Shown: positions 30,117 to 39,579 of the stretch, piece after piece
How the letters are laid out: every line of letters begins with the position of its first letter
Position numbering within the stretch: position 1 is the stretch's first letter
From: Candidatus Poribacteria bacterium
GTDB taxonomy: Bacteria > Poribacteria > WGA-4E > WGA-3G
Length of the DNA stretch: 64,000 nt
Assembly (NCBI GenBank): GCA_965205025.1
Contig: CBDBFU010000028.1
Coordinates: forward strand, 160,001 to 224,000
Reading direction: 5' to 3'
Notes under the pieces: model-generated
The model's database searches: none
Seen by the model: only the letters and a program-made list of their open reading frames with translations
What the model was told of the DNA's origin: nothing
Translations under genes and position numbers: made by a program

Positions 30117-30226
30117 AGATTACTCTCGCTGTGATATGACAAGCTTAAGTCGTTTTATAGAATTTCGTACTCCGAATCAGTAGTAATATTAATGGGATTG
30201 TTAGAAAATCTATACTTTTTAACCTT

Positions 30227-30342
30227 TTATAAGGAATAAATTCCTTAAGAAAGACATTCCCCATCCTGACATAGGTTCATTTAGTTATAAGGAATAAATT
30301 CCTTAAGAAAGACATTCCCCATCCTGACATAGGTTCATTTAG
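30227..30342. repeat. Exact 58-bp tandem duplication spanning the secE 3' end
   Basis: TTATAAGGAATAAATTCCTTAAGAAAGACATTCCCCATCCTGACATAGGTTCATTTAG at 30227 and 30285. Confidence 0.95.
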
Positions 30343-30657
30343 GTTAAGTGCATAGGTCGTAATGAGTACAACTACTAATGGAATACAAGCAACAACAGTA
30401 TAGTGTATACGGCGGTTCTCCAATCCTTTACCAAAGAAAAATACAGCAACAGGAATTATAACCAAGATAATATTAGCAGGCCATTCCCATTTTGGCTGAG
30501 CGGAACTACCATCCACTAACCAAAGAAAAAGTCCCAGTAAACCACTGGCAATTAAAACAACTACCGTACTACCGCGCACCTGTTCCCAATCAGGTTTAGA
30601 CACCTTCTGCCATTCTAATATAATATTCTGTATGTAAGCTTTGAAACGTGCAATCAT
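30277..30657 (-). CDS. secE: Preprotein translocase subunit SecE (extended)
   Basis: Lies between tRNA-Trp and nusG; EWQKVSKP...TVVVLI...FLWLVD. Confidence 0.85.
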   Translation of the reverse strand: MIARFKAYIQNIILEWQKVSKPDWEQVRGSTVVVLIASGLLGLFLWLVDGSSAQPKWEWPANIILVIIPVAVFFFGKGLENRRIHYTVVACIPLVVVLITTYALNLNEPMSGWGMSFLRNLFLITK

Positions 30658-30670
30658 AAGTATTTAAAGG

Positions 30671-30744
30671 CAGGCCAGGAGGGATTCGAACCCCCAACAT
30701 CCGGTTTTGGAGACCGGCGCTCTACCAGTTCGAGCTACTGGCCT
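30671..30744 (-). tRNA. tRNA-Trp (CCA)
   Basis: Cloverleaf; anticodon arm CCGGT-CTCCAAA-ACCGG; GTTCGAATC T-loop. Confidence 0.95.
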
Positions 30745-30756
30745 ACAGATTATATT

Positions 30757-30909
30757 CTACCGATTCTCCTTATGGAGTGTATGTTTACGACAGAAACGAC
30801 AATATTTCTTACGTTCATACCGATCCTGTTGTGTCCGTCTATTACGTGTGGTTACGTAATTTCTTTGTTTACATTCATCACATGCTAAGGTAACAATATC
30901 TCTGGGCAT
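30757..30909 (-). CDS. rpmG: 50S ribosomal protein L33 (Zn-ribbon type)
   Basis: [17 protein letters not shown]...[15 protein letters not shown]. Confidence 0.95.
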   Translation of the reverse strand: MPRDIVTLACDECKQRNYVTTRNRRTQQDRYERKKYCRFCRKHTLHKENR

Positions 30910-30930
30910 TTTTCGTACCTCGTATTTTAC

Positions 30931-31006
<76 letters not shown>

Positions 31007-31024
31007 AATTAATTATGCTTCACA

Positions 31025-31097
31025 AGCGGGAGACGGGATTCGAACCCGCGACGCATGGCTTGGAAGGCCAATGCTCTACCAGCTGAGCTACTCCCGC
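31025..31097 (-). tRNA. tRNA-Gly (TCC)
   Basis: GCGGGAG acceptor; anticodon loop CTTCCAA. Confidence 0.95.
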
Positions 31098-31108
31098 ACA
31101 ATCTGAGA

Positions 31109-31190
31109 TGGGGGCGGACGGATTCGAACCGCCGTAGGCGTAGCCAACAGATTTACAGTCTGCCCTTTTTGACCGCTCAAGCACACCCCC
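31109..31190 (-). tRNA. tRNA-Tyr (GTA)
   Basis: GCAGA-CTGTAAA-TCTGT; long variable arm. Confidence 0.95.
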
Positions 31191-31196
31191 AATATA

Positions 31197-31268
31197 AGCT
31201 GACGAGAGGAATCGAACCTCCAACCTAGTGATTACAAATCACTTGCTCTACCATTGAGCCACGTCAGC
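31197..31268 (-). tRNA. tRNA-Thr (TGT)
   Basis: AGTGA-TTTGTAA-TCACT anticodon arm. Confidence 0.95.
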
Positions 31269-31402
31269 ATTCTACTGTTCTTGTCTTATTATGTCAGAAA
31301 AACTAAACACCTCAAAATAAACTGTATCGGGAATCATTGGTTAAATAAACGCAGATTAACTTGTGCCTTACAGATATACATAAGGCAAAAATATACCCTT
31401 AA

Positions 31403-31431
31403 AGTATACTTAATCTTTAAGGGTATGTCAA
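31403..31431 (-). promoter_or_regulatory. Sigma70 promoter of the tRNA/secE/rpl cluster
   Basis: TTGACA-17-TATACT, overlapped by IR ATACCCTTAAAG / CTTTAAGGGTAT. Confidence 0.7.
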
Positions 31432-31449
31432 GTAAATCTATGTCTATGT

Positions 31450-31827
31450 TTACCCTTCGTCCTCAATATCCGTTCCACTCTCTTCGTCAGTTTCTGATTT
31501 ACTTTCCTCTTCATCACTGACTTCTTGTGCATTTTCTCCATATAGTTCTTCAAAATGTTCTTCAGCATCAACAGCATCAAATCCAGAAGACTCTGATGCA
31601 AAGATGGAGGGAGTGTCGGATTCTATTGGCTCAGGATCAACTTTCTTGTATAACAACTCACCAGCTGCTAACTCTTCTGTGGCGATTGAAACAGGCATCT
31701 TTTTCTTTGATAAACCTGCTCCTAAAAGTTCATCATTTAGTGCACGAGCCCTTTTGGCAATAATATTAACAGCAAGATATTTATTACTAACCTGCTCATC
31801 TAATTCTTCAAGATAAACAATTGGCAT
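31450..31827 (-). CDS. rpoZ: RNA polymerase omega subunit with an acidic C-terminal extension
   Basis: NKYLAVNIIAKRARAL, K.PVSIA.EEL..G. Confidence 0.88.
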   Translation of the reverse strand: MPIVYLEELDEQVSNKYLAVNIIAKRARALNDELLGAGLSKKKMPVSIATEELAAGELLYKKVDPEPIESDTPSIFASESSGFDAVDAEEHFEELYGENAQEVSDEEESKSETDEESGTDIEDEG

Positions 31828-31880
31828 TGATCCTCTCCTTTATGCAAAGACTCCATTGTGTAAAGACTCGTTATACTCTA

Positions 31881-31946
31881 ATTATATTCTTTATCTACAT
31901 TGAAGTCAAATTTATTTTGACTTCTTAAGGGTTAAGATGGTAAAAT
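31881..31946. promoter_or_regulatory. Back-to-back sigma70 promoters for rpoZ and mqnC
   Basis: Minus: TTGACT-17-TATAAT (31909-31881); plus: TTGACT-18-TAAAAT with TGn extension (31917-31946). Confidence 0.7.
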
Positions 31947-31986
31947 TCTATATTATTAAATGACACTCAGGTATAAGGAATGACGA

Positions 31987-33054
31987 ATGGATAAGACTGT
32001 CGAACACATTTTAAATAAAGCCCTTGAGGGTGTGCGTTTGAATTTTGATGACGCACTTACACTTTTTAAGTCTTATGACCTACTCCCGTTAGGACATGCA
32101 GCAGATGTTATTCGGCAGCGGAAACATTCTGAAGGGTTTATTACCTATATTGTAGATCGAAATATTAACTACACTAACTGGTGTTATGTGGATTGTGATT
32201 TTTGTGCATTCTACCGGCACAGAAAAGATCCTGACGCCTATGTCATGGAACGTGAAGAACTTGGACAAAAAATACAAGAAACTATAGATTTGGGTGGTGA
32301 ACTCATCCTAATGCAGGGTGGATTGCACCCTAAACTCAAATTGGAATGGTATGAAGATTTACTGAGATGGATTAAGTCTAATTATAAAATTCATGTCCAC
32401 GGTTTCTCTCCACCTGAACTGGATTGGTTTGCAAAGATCAACCGTATGTCACTAAGAGACGTTCTTTCCAGACTTCGTGATGCAGGATTGGATTCAATCC
32501 CTGGTGGAGGTGCTGAGATCTTAACCGATCATGCCAGAAATATTATTAGTCCAAAGAAGTGCACTGCAGATGAATGGCTTGAAGTCATGAGACAAGGTCA
32601 TCTTGTCGGACTCAAATCAAGTGCTACAATGATGTATGGACACGTTGAAAGTTACGCTGAACGGGTTGAACATCTCATGAGACTACGCGATCTTCAAGAC
32701 GAAACAGGTGGGTTTACCGCATTTATATGTTGGTCATTCCAACCCAACAATACTGAACTCTCACATATTCCCCCAGCAGGAAGTTTTGAGTATCTCAAGA
32801 CATTGGCGATTTCACGCTTAGTTCTTGATAATATAGACAACTTCCAATCCTCATGGGTTACACAAGGTCCTAAAATAGGACAACTCTCATTAAAATTCGG
32901 GGCTAACGATATGGGTGGGACAATGATTGAAGAGAATGTCGTTAGTAAAGCGGGTACAGTCTATTGTATGCCGATAGAAGAGATTGAACGCACAATATCT
33001 GAATTGGGTTTTATACCGAAACGCAGAAACTTCTTCTACGACATTCTAAATTAA
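31987..33054 (+). CDS. mqnC: Cyclic dehypoxanthine futalosine synthase (radical SAM, futalosine menaquinone pathway)
   Basis: TYIVDRNINYTN.CYVDCDFCAFYR, LMQGG, SIPGGGAEIL, QSSWVTQG, GANDMGGTMIEENVV. Confidence 0.9.
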   Translation: MDKTVEHILNKALEGVRLNFDDALTLFKSYDLLPLGHAADVIRQRKHSEGFITYIVDRNINYTNWCYVDCDFCAFYRHRKDPDAYVMEREELGQKIQETIDLGGELILMQGGLHPKLKLEWYEDLLRWIKSNYKIHVHGFSPPELDWFAKINRMSLRDVLSRLRDAGLDSIPGGGAEILTDHARNIISPKKCTADEWLEVMRQGHLVGLKSSATMMYGHVESYAERVEHLMRLRDLQDETGGFTAFICWSFQPNNTELSHIPPAGSFEYLKTLAISRLVLDNIDNFQSSWVTQGPKIGQLSLKFGANDMGGTMIEENVVSKAGTVYCMPIEEIERTISELGFIPKRRNFFYDILN

Positions 33055-33205
33055 ACGCGAGTTTGATAAAGTCCATTGTAGCGTAAACTTTCCAGTTTGC
33101 GCACATAGACCACAAACTGGAAAGTTTGTGGTACAAGAACAGTAAGGTGTGCCTTCCAAGAAAGGACATGTTTTGAGCTGATGCCATTTATTATCAAACT
33201 GGCGT
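33055..33205. mobile_element. IS982-like MITE with 8-bp TSD carrying an inverted REP-B doublet
   Basis: IR ACGCGAGTTTGATAA / TTATCAAACTGGCGT; DR TAAATTAA at 33047-33054 and 33206-33213; doublet at 33078-33134. Confidence 0.8.
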
Positions 33206-33209
33206 TAAA

Positions 33210-35165
33210 TTAACGATAATCCTCATGTATCCAAGGATTAGCCATCTTCTTCCGATTAGCAAACCAATTATCATAGGCTTGTTGTTTCTTAGTTTGAAGT
33301 AGGCTTCTCAGTCGGTCTTTTTTCTGTGTAGAATCCTTCTCAAACAGTTCTAAATCAGCTTCTTCCCGTTCAGTTAATTCAATAATATATGTAGATGAAT
33401 CCCCAGCCAGTGGTCCTTTCACATCTCCTACTGCCATATTAAAGGCTGCAAACATAACTGCTTGTGAGTTCCCCATACCAGAAACATAAGAACTACCAGG
33501 TGTAAGATTAAATAGATTGCTTTCTTGAACTGTTTTCTGTTCTGAAGATATACCCTCTGGTGCAGTATATTTCTTAAGTAAATCATCCAGAGATTCGGTG
33601 TCTGTCTTTTGTTTAACCAACGCTTGTGCATCTGCCAAAGCGAGTTCTTTTGCTTTTATATCTCTTAAATCGTCGATAACCTGGCTCTTTACATCATCAA
33701 AGGAAGGAATTGCTGCGGGTTTTTTACCAAGTACTTTTGCAACATAAAAGGCAGTAACATCTCCATTGTATTTCTTTGATTCAATAGTGTTAATTACCCC
33801 GACCTCCATGTCAAAAAGTTCCTCAAGTAAACCCTGATTACTCCACTTAGATCCTATTTCTGGTATCGTTACAACATCTTTATCGAAAAAACCTGTTTCA
33901 GCAACACTAAGTGAAAGATCTTTATATCTATCAAGTCCAATGGCAGTCTCATAATCTTCTACTTCAATATCAAACAATAAATCATCAGCAACTCTTTTTG
34001 CCTTATCAACACCAACAATTTTAATCACTTCTTCACGGATTTGATTCTCTACCTCAGGAAAAGGCTTTATACTACCCTCTAATTTCTCCTCTAATTTGAT
34101 GATATGATACCCATAAGAGGTTTCAACCAAACCGCTTACTTCGCCAGGTTGCAAAACATCGAAACAAGCTTCTTCAAATGGTTTTACCATATCTCCCCGT
34201 GCAAAATAATCCCCTGGTGGAAGATTAGGATTGCCACCCCGTAAAGCACCACCATTAGCCCCAGATGGTCCCTCTGAATGTGTTTTCGCTAAATCAGCAA
34301 AAGATGCTCCTGAAACTAATTCAGCATTAACTGTTTTTAATAATTCTTCAGCAGCAGTCTTTACTTCTGTTTTTTGTTCATCAGTCGCATTATCTGGAAA
34401 CACTTTCAATATATGCCGTGCTTTTACAACTTCAGGTGTAGTAAATTTACTCTGATTTTGGTTGTAGTAGTCCTCAATATCAGTTTTCGTTACAAAATCC
34501 TCAGGTTTAATTCGTATGAACTTCACATTTAACTGTTCTTCGTTTTTATACTTCGCTTGGTTCTCTTCGAAATACTTTTGAGCTTCAGCATCATCAACAT
34601 TTACTGTAGAACTATAATCACTATGTCGGAATTCGATATATTTGACCTTTGCTTTATTGGACTCCAGACGATATGCCTGTTCAGCTTCAGTATCTGTCAC
34701 CAACTCAAGACCTTGAATATTATCTCTTAGGAGTGTAGAACTTAGTTGTTGACGAATATTCTGCTTATACAATTCAGCCATTCCGAAACCTTCGTACTGA
34801 TTATATGCCTGAACACGGCTGCTATCACTCCGTATATATCGTTCAATCTCGGCATCACTAATCTTAGCACTACCTTCAATTGCCCTTCTGACTAAGAAGT
34901 CAATTATCTCTTTTTGTACAAACTTCTCATCTGGTTCTCCGCCATACTGCTGATTTCGACGGGATTGCATTTGGTCTGAAACCATCTTCTCAAAATTCCC
35001 GCGTGATACCTCTAAAGATTGTATCTTAACAACTACTTCTTCCTCAGTACCATCACCTTGTCCACCAGAACCACTATATAGCATAATAGATCCCACCACG
35101 AAAACTATGGCAATGACCCACATAAATATCTGCGCAATGAATTTCTCCCGAAGAAAGATGATCAT
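33210..35165 (-). CDS. PpiD/SurA-like membrane-anchored parvulin peptidyl-prolyl isomerase
   Basis: N-terminal TM; VKARHIL, SFADLAK.HSEGPS, MVKPFEEACF, VETSYGYHIIK. Confidence 0.88.
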   Translation of the reverse strand: MIIFLREKFIAQIFMWVIAIVFVVGSIMLYSGSGGQGDGTEEEVVVKIQSLEVSRGNFEKMVSDQMQSRRNQQYGGEPDEKFVQKEIIDFLVRRAIEGSAKISDAEIERYIRSDSSRVQAYNQYEGFGMAELYKQNIRQQLSSTLLRDNIQGLELVTDTEAEQAYRLESNKAKVKYIEFRHSDYSSTVNVDDAEAQKYFEENQAKYKNEEQLNVKFIRIKPEDFVTKTDIEDYYNQNQSKFTTPEVVKARHILKVFPDNATDEQKTEVKTAAEELLKTVNAELVSGASFADLAKTHSEGPSGANGGALRGGNPNLPPGDYFARGDMVKPFEEACFDVLQPGEVSGLVETSYGYHIIKLEEKLEGSIKPFPEVENQIREEVIKIVGVDKAKRVADDLLFDIEVEDYETAIGLDRYKDLSLSVAETGFFDKDVVTIPEIGSKWSNQGLLEELFDMEVGVINTIESKKYNGDVTAFYVAKVLGKKPAAIPSFDDVKSQVIDDLRDIKAKELALADAQALVKQKTDTESLDDLLKKYTAPEGISSEQKTVQESNLFNLTPGSSYVSGMGNSQAVMFAAFNMAVGDVKGPLAGDSSTYIIELTEREEADLELFEKDSTQKKDRLRSLLQTKKQQAYDNWFANRKKMANPWIHEDYR

Positions 35166-35277
35166 ATATTTTTTATACTCCTCAATTTCAAATAATGCTA
35201 ATATTAATGATACTCTATCACTGACTATATTTCAATTAATTTTTCTTTAACACTTGCATTTAGTTCTGTTTTATCAT

Positions 35278-35317
35278 ATAATTTGCAATCAGTGCCAATA
35301 ATTTGCAATCAGTACCA
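35278..35317. repeat. 20-bp tandem direct repeat just upstream of the ogg ATG
   Basis: ATAATTTGCAATCAGTGCCA / ATAATTTGCAATCAGTACCA. Confidence 0.85.
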
Positions 35318-36214
35318 ATGGTAATAGATAATCTCAGGGATTTTTGTCTAAAATACACATTAGAATCCGGACAATCATTTAGATGGAGTCGTATTAATGA
35401 TGCTTATTACGGTGTTGTTGAAGGTAGAATACTCAGACTCCAACAAAAAAATAAAAGCACTTTAAAAATTGAGAGTTCTCGGAATGAAGATGAAGAAATC
35501 ATCACAAAATTCCTCTTTCATTATTTAGACTTGAATCGAGAATTGGCACCAATATTGACTGCTGTAAGGGTTGATGGGTATATTGCAAAAGCAATAGACC
35601 GTTTTTGGGGGATGCGTATTCTGAATCAGGAATTATGGGAAACTATAGCCTCATTTATTCTTTCTCAGAACAATAATATATCACGGATTCGAAATATTAT
35701 TCATACACTCTCTGAAAAATTCGGTCAAAAAATAGAATTTAACGGCTATGTGAATTATACATTTCCAACACCAAATTCACTTGCTGATGCAGGAATTGAT
35801 GAAATTTTTTCCTGTGGTACAGGATATCGAGCCAGATATTTATGGAATGCAGCAGCAAAGATCTCAAAAGGGGAACTCTTGCTGGATATGTTAAAAAGGT
35901 TGCCCTATACTGAAGCAAAAAATGAACTAATGAAGCTTGAAGGAGTAGGCGAGAAGGTCGCCGACTGCATTTGTCTATTTTCACTTGGACACCTTGAAGC
36001 ATTGCCAATAGATGTATGGATAAAACGGATCTTTGAACAGATATATTTACGTAAAAAAGCAAGTATGTTTGAAATACGTCAATTCGCCAAGAATTATTTT
36101 GGTAAAAATATTGGATACGCTCAACAATATCTATTTCATTATGCCCAAAGTAATCAAAATTGGGCAGACCCCAAACATTTGGCATTAAAAGATATACAAT
36201 ACAAGAAATCATGA
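35318..36214 (+). CDS. 8-oxoguanine DNA glycosylase (Ogg1 type, HhH-GPD)
   Basis: TLESGQSFRW, RILNQE.WE, SQNNNI.RI, GYRA.Y, LEGVGEKVADCI.LF, PIDVW, GYAQQYLF. Confidence 0.9.
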   Translation: MVIDNLRDFCLKYTLESGQSFRWSRINDAYYGVVEGRILRLQQKNKSTLKIESSRNEDEEIITKFLFHYLDLNRELAPILTAVRVDGYIAKAIDRFWGMRILNQELWETIASFILSQNNNISRIRNIIHTLSEKFGQKIEFNGYVNYTFPTPNSLADAGIDEIFSCGTGYRARYLWNAAAKISKGELLLDMLKRLPYTEAKNELMKLEGVGEKVADCICLFSLGHLEALPIDVWIKRIFEQIYLRKKASMFEIRQFAKNYFGKNIGYAQQYLFHYAQSNQNWADPKHLALKDIQYKKS

Positions 36215-36251
36215 TAAGTTGTAGTACATATATTATATATAGGAGAAATCA

Positions 36252-36614
36252 ATGTCTGAAACAAGCAATAAAAACGTCGTTGCTATCTTAGAAGAACATG
36301 TAGAGCATGCAATCTCAACCGTCAAGACCTTAAGAGACCAGAAACTTGAACTTGAAGCAGAAGTTGCACGCCTTAATAATGATCTGATGCAGAGAGATGC
36401 CAAAATACAAGAATTGGAAACAGAAATAAGTGAAATGAAAGAAACCTCGGAATTAACTCGACAAGCAAGTGAAGAAGAAAGAGCAGCAATCCGACGACAA
36501 CTGGAAGGACTCATGCTCGGTCTTGCTGAACCCGATGGAAACGAAAGTCAAGTTGAGGAAATATCAGGTAATACTGAAAACGAGGTCACATTTACACGAA
36601 AAAATGATGTATAG
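36252..36614 (+). CDS. ZapB-like coiled-coil protein
   Basis: LEEHVEHAISTVKTL...ELEAE heptads; RBS AGGAG. Confidence 0.6.
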   Translation: MSETSNKNVVAILEEHVEHAISTVKTLRDQKLELEAEVARLNNDLMQRDAKIQELETEISEMKETSELTRQASEEERAAIRRQLEGLMLGLAEPDGNESQVEEISGNTENEVTFTRKNDV

Positions 36615-36643
36615 TAGGTCATTATAAAGTGAAGTGGTAAACG

Positions 36644-37774
36644 GTGCGTGTCTTAGTTCTTTCTCATTCATATATAATGAAACCGTACCGGAGAAAGTTC
36701 ACCCTTATAGCAGCTAAACCAAATATCAGAGTACGAGTTCTCACACCCAATAAGTGGTACGAGAGTTTTCAAGAAATTAATTTCTCTCCCGATGAAAATA
36801 CTGACTGTGATGAAGTGGCTTGTCCAATTCGCTTCTCTGGCTATGGAAGTCGCTTCTATTATCGTGGGAATATAGCAAAGCATTTTAAGGACTTTAAACC
36901 TGATATTATTCATCTTGAAGAGGAAGCATGGAGTCTTAATGCTCTACAGACTGTGCGTCTAAAACGTAGATATTGTCCCAACAGTAAATTCATCTTTCGC
37001 ACCTCTCTCAGCATCCCTTCAAAACAACGTTTTGGCCCTTTACCAATCTGGATTGAAAAACGTGTATTCCGAGAAACAGATATTGCTTTCCCTCTAAGTA
37101 AAAATGCCGGTGAAATATTGAAACTGAGAGGGTACGAAGGCAAACAGATACCATTCCCTAACGGAGTAGATATTTCTCTATTTAATAAAAGGGATATGTA
37201 CCAATTAAAAGTTATACTCGGTATTCATGACTGCTTTGTCATCGGTTATATTGGCAGAATAATTCAAATGAAGGGGATTGACACCCTTATTGAAGCTGCA
37301 GCAAAGTTAAACTTCCCTTTCAAATTACTGATTGTTGGTAAAGGGGAAGACAAACCAATTTTCGAATCCCTCGCAGCAAAGCATCAAATCAATGAAAAAA
37401 TCGTTTGGATTGATGCTGTTCCCCCGGAAAAAGTCCCCGACTATCTAAACTGCATGAATACGTTAGTTCTACCCTCACGGACTACCTCGGATTGGGTGGA
37501 GTTTTTCGGTAGAGTCCTAATCGAAGGTATGGCATGTGAAGTTCCTGTCATCGGATCTAATTCTGGTGAAATACCACATGTAATCGGAGATGCAGGCTTG
37601 GTTTTCACAGAAGGAGACGCATCTGAATTAGCTGAGAAAATAAAAATAATTGCAGATGAACCCACACTATACAATACTTTTCAAAAACGTGGCTTAGAAA
37701 GAGTACAAGAATTTACATGGGAGACAATTGCAAAACGAACTTATGATGTCTATCAAAACCTGTTAGCAAATTAA
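36644..37774 (+). CDS. Glycosyltransferase family 4
   Basis: FKPDIIHLEEE, PNGVD, GYIGR...KG, LVLPS....W.E.FGRVLIEGMAC. Confidence 0.9.
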   Translation: MRVLVLSHSYIMKPYRRKFTLIAAKPNIRVRVLTPNKWYESFQEINFSPDENTDCDEVACPIRFSGYGSRFYYRGNIAKHFKDFKPDIIHLEEEAWSLNALQTVRLKRRYCPNSKFIFRTSLSIPSKQRFGPLPIWIEKRVFRETDIAFPLSKNAGEILKLRGYEGKQIPFPNGVDISLFNKRDMYQLKVILGIHDCFVIGYIGRIIQMKGIDTLIEAAAKLNFPFKLLIVGKGEDKPIFESLAAKHQINEKIVWIDAVPPEKVPDYLNCMNTLVLPSRTTSDWVEFFGRVLIEGMACEVPVIGSNSGEIPHVIGDAGLVFTEGDASELAEKIKIIADEPTLYNTFQKRGLERVQEFTWETIAKRTYDVYQNLLAN

Positions 37775-37831
37775 GATTGGATCAGGAAAGTAAACCAGAT
37801 AGGTTATATTGAGTTTGATAAGTTGGAAGGA

Positions 37832-37914
37832 TGCCCCCGACTGGACTCGAACCAGCATGCCAATTAAGGCACAGGCCCTCAACCTGCCGTGTATACCAAT
37901 TCCACCACAGGGGC
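37832..37914 (-). tRNA. tRNA-Leu (GAG)
   Basis: GTGGTGGAATTGGTATACAC D-arm; GCAGG-TTGAGGG-CCTGT; long variable arm. Confidence 0.93.
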
Positions 37915-37930
37915 ATTGAAGACACTTATA

Positions 37931-37959
37931 ATTATACTTTTTCAAGGTCTATTTGTCAA
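37931..37959 (-). promoter_or_regulatory. Consensus sigma70 promoter for tRNA-Leu
   Basis: TTGACA-17-TATAAT on the minus strand. Confidence 0.85.
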
Positions 37960-38878
37960 GTATTTTAAGGTATTCGGGTGTGTAAAGTTTATGGCATTAA
38001 TTTACTTAATATAAACTGTATCAAATTCTAATTTCACACTTTTTCCATAAGACTTAAAAAAATTGAAGAAAATATAAACATCTAACAACTAACACACATA
38101 TATCACAATAACATAAAATAAATTAAATATAATTGTCAAAATATAAACAAAATGTTATAATACTATATCGTTCAATAATTATAAACTAAAGACAATACAT
38201 TACTTGGAAGATACGAAATATTATTTATACCGTGAAAGGGTAACTATTTTCTAATTATTTAGGCTTCTAAACTTTATGCCAAATTCAACCAAATCCACTA
38301 TCTGGGAAATAGGAAAATCCATGTTAGAATTACAACGAAAATGTTCAGAATTAACACCTTATAAGCAGATACAGAGGAAAATCAATCCGAATTTAACCGA
38401 ATATTTTTTTAGTTTTAAAATTTTACACCTATTACTCAAATCCTTTGTTATCCCAACCCCCAACAGGGTTTACGGCGCATTAAAAAATCATTTCTTAAAA
38501 AGCAACTAAAAAAACTTGAAAAACTAAAAATTAGACCGACTTCAAACAAAACAGACTATCATGCACACCAGAAAACTACAGTGTATCTCATTACTACGAA
38601 TCGTCCATACAGATATAATTCTCTTCATAGGATCAAAGAGAAAAGTAAAAGACACAAAATTCATCACCACTTTATAATTTTTACAAATTCTTGTAACCTT
38701 AAAAAAGTGGCTCTAAACTTAGTATAGGACTAACGGGAGAGGGATTTTATCAATGTCACACCGTGTGACAAAAAGTGTAACTATTTTCAACACTATAATT
38801 TTGACAATTCTATTTCAGGGGGGAACTAAGAATCTAATGATAAGTCTATTTTTTGGAGTTTTCTATATCAAAAATACC

Positions 38879-38948
38879 GTACTCCAGCGGAGTACTATGT
38901 CTATAGAAAACAATATCGGAACAGGCTGCACTCCAGCGGAGTGCTATG
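38879..38948 (+). repeat. Tandem pair (49-bp period) of REP-like hairpins
   Basis: GTACTCC-AGC-GGAGTAC-TATGTCTATAGAAAA and GCACTCC-AGC-GGAGTGC-TATG. Confidence 0.8.
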
Positions 38949-39199
38949 TACCAATACACTTCGTATGAAAAACATCATATAGACACTTAATATACACTAA
39001 AGTTATATCATAATTAACGAATGTGATTCACGGAGAATTGGTATGTTTAAATTATAAACCCTTATAGAATAAGGCTTCGTAGAATTGCTCCGTGAAGGTT
39101 TCCGTGAAAGTGCAACCATTTCAAGACGACAAAAATTAACAGTTATTACAATACACAGTATCCATACATCTAACATGACTGGAGAATAGATGTATACTA

Positions 39200-39341
39200 A
39201 CGCAAGCTTGATAAATAAGAAATGTCAGTTCTATAAACAGTATTTGTCATGAGGATAGCCTTTGTAGCACAAACTTTCCAGTTTGTGCACTCTGGTGTTA
39301 GTTTATACATCGGGTTACAATGTATCTTTTCAAACTCACGT
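39200..39341. mobile_element. IS982-like MITE with 7-bp TSD carrying REP-B; inverted relative to 62079-62220
   Basis: ACGCAAGCTTGATAA / TTTTCAAACTCACGT; DR TATACTA at 39193-39199 and 39342-39348. Confidence 0.8.
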
Positions 39342-39346
39342 TATAC

Positions 39347-39462
39347 TAAGCAATATTAAATAATAATCTTGTGATTTTCAATAGGTGTTCAAACCGTAGG
39401 GGCGGGGTTAACCCGACCGTCATTGACGCACAATGTAAATATTTAATATTGAAAATTGCTTA
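39347..39462. mobile_element. IR-bounded shell carrying a REP-D hairpin
   Basis: TAAGCAATATTAAATA / TATTGAAAATTGCTTA (14/16); core GTAGGGGCGGGGTTAACCCGACC at 39396-39418. Confidence 0.55.
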
Positions 39463-39579
39463 AAGATGATACTTAAGATAAATATTGGTATCCAGGTACG
39501 ATAGCAGCGTAATGTTTAATGACAAAAACTTTACACACCCGAGGTATTCCATAGAGACACTAAATAGGATTACAAACAC

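Noticed and set aside
37780-37850. Integrated element at the tRNA-Leu 3' end
   Set aside because: No integrase and no duplicated tRNA 3' end seen in the window
37763-37945. 60-aa ORF
   Set aside because: Overlaps tRNA-Leu and its promoter
38276-38968. Short ORFs 38276-38509 and 38753-38968
   Set aside because: No motifs, weak RBS, and the second runs through REP-like hairpins
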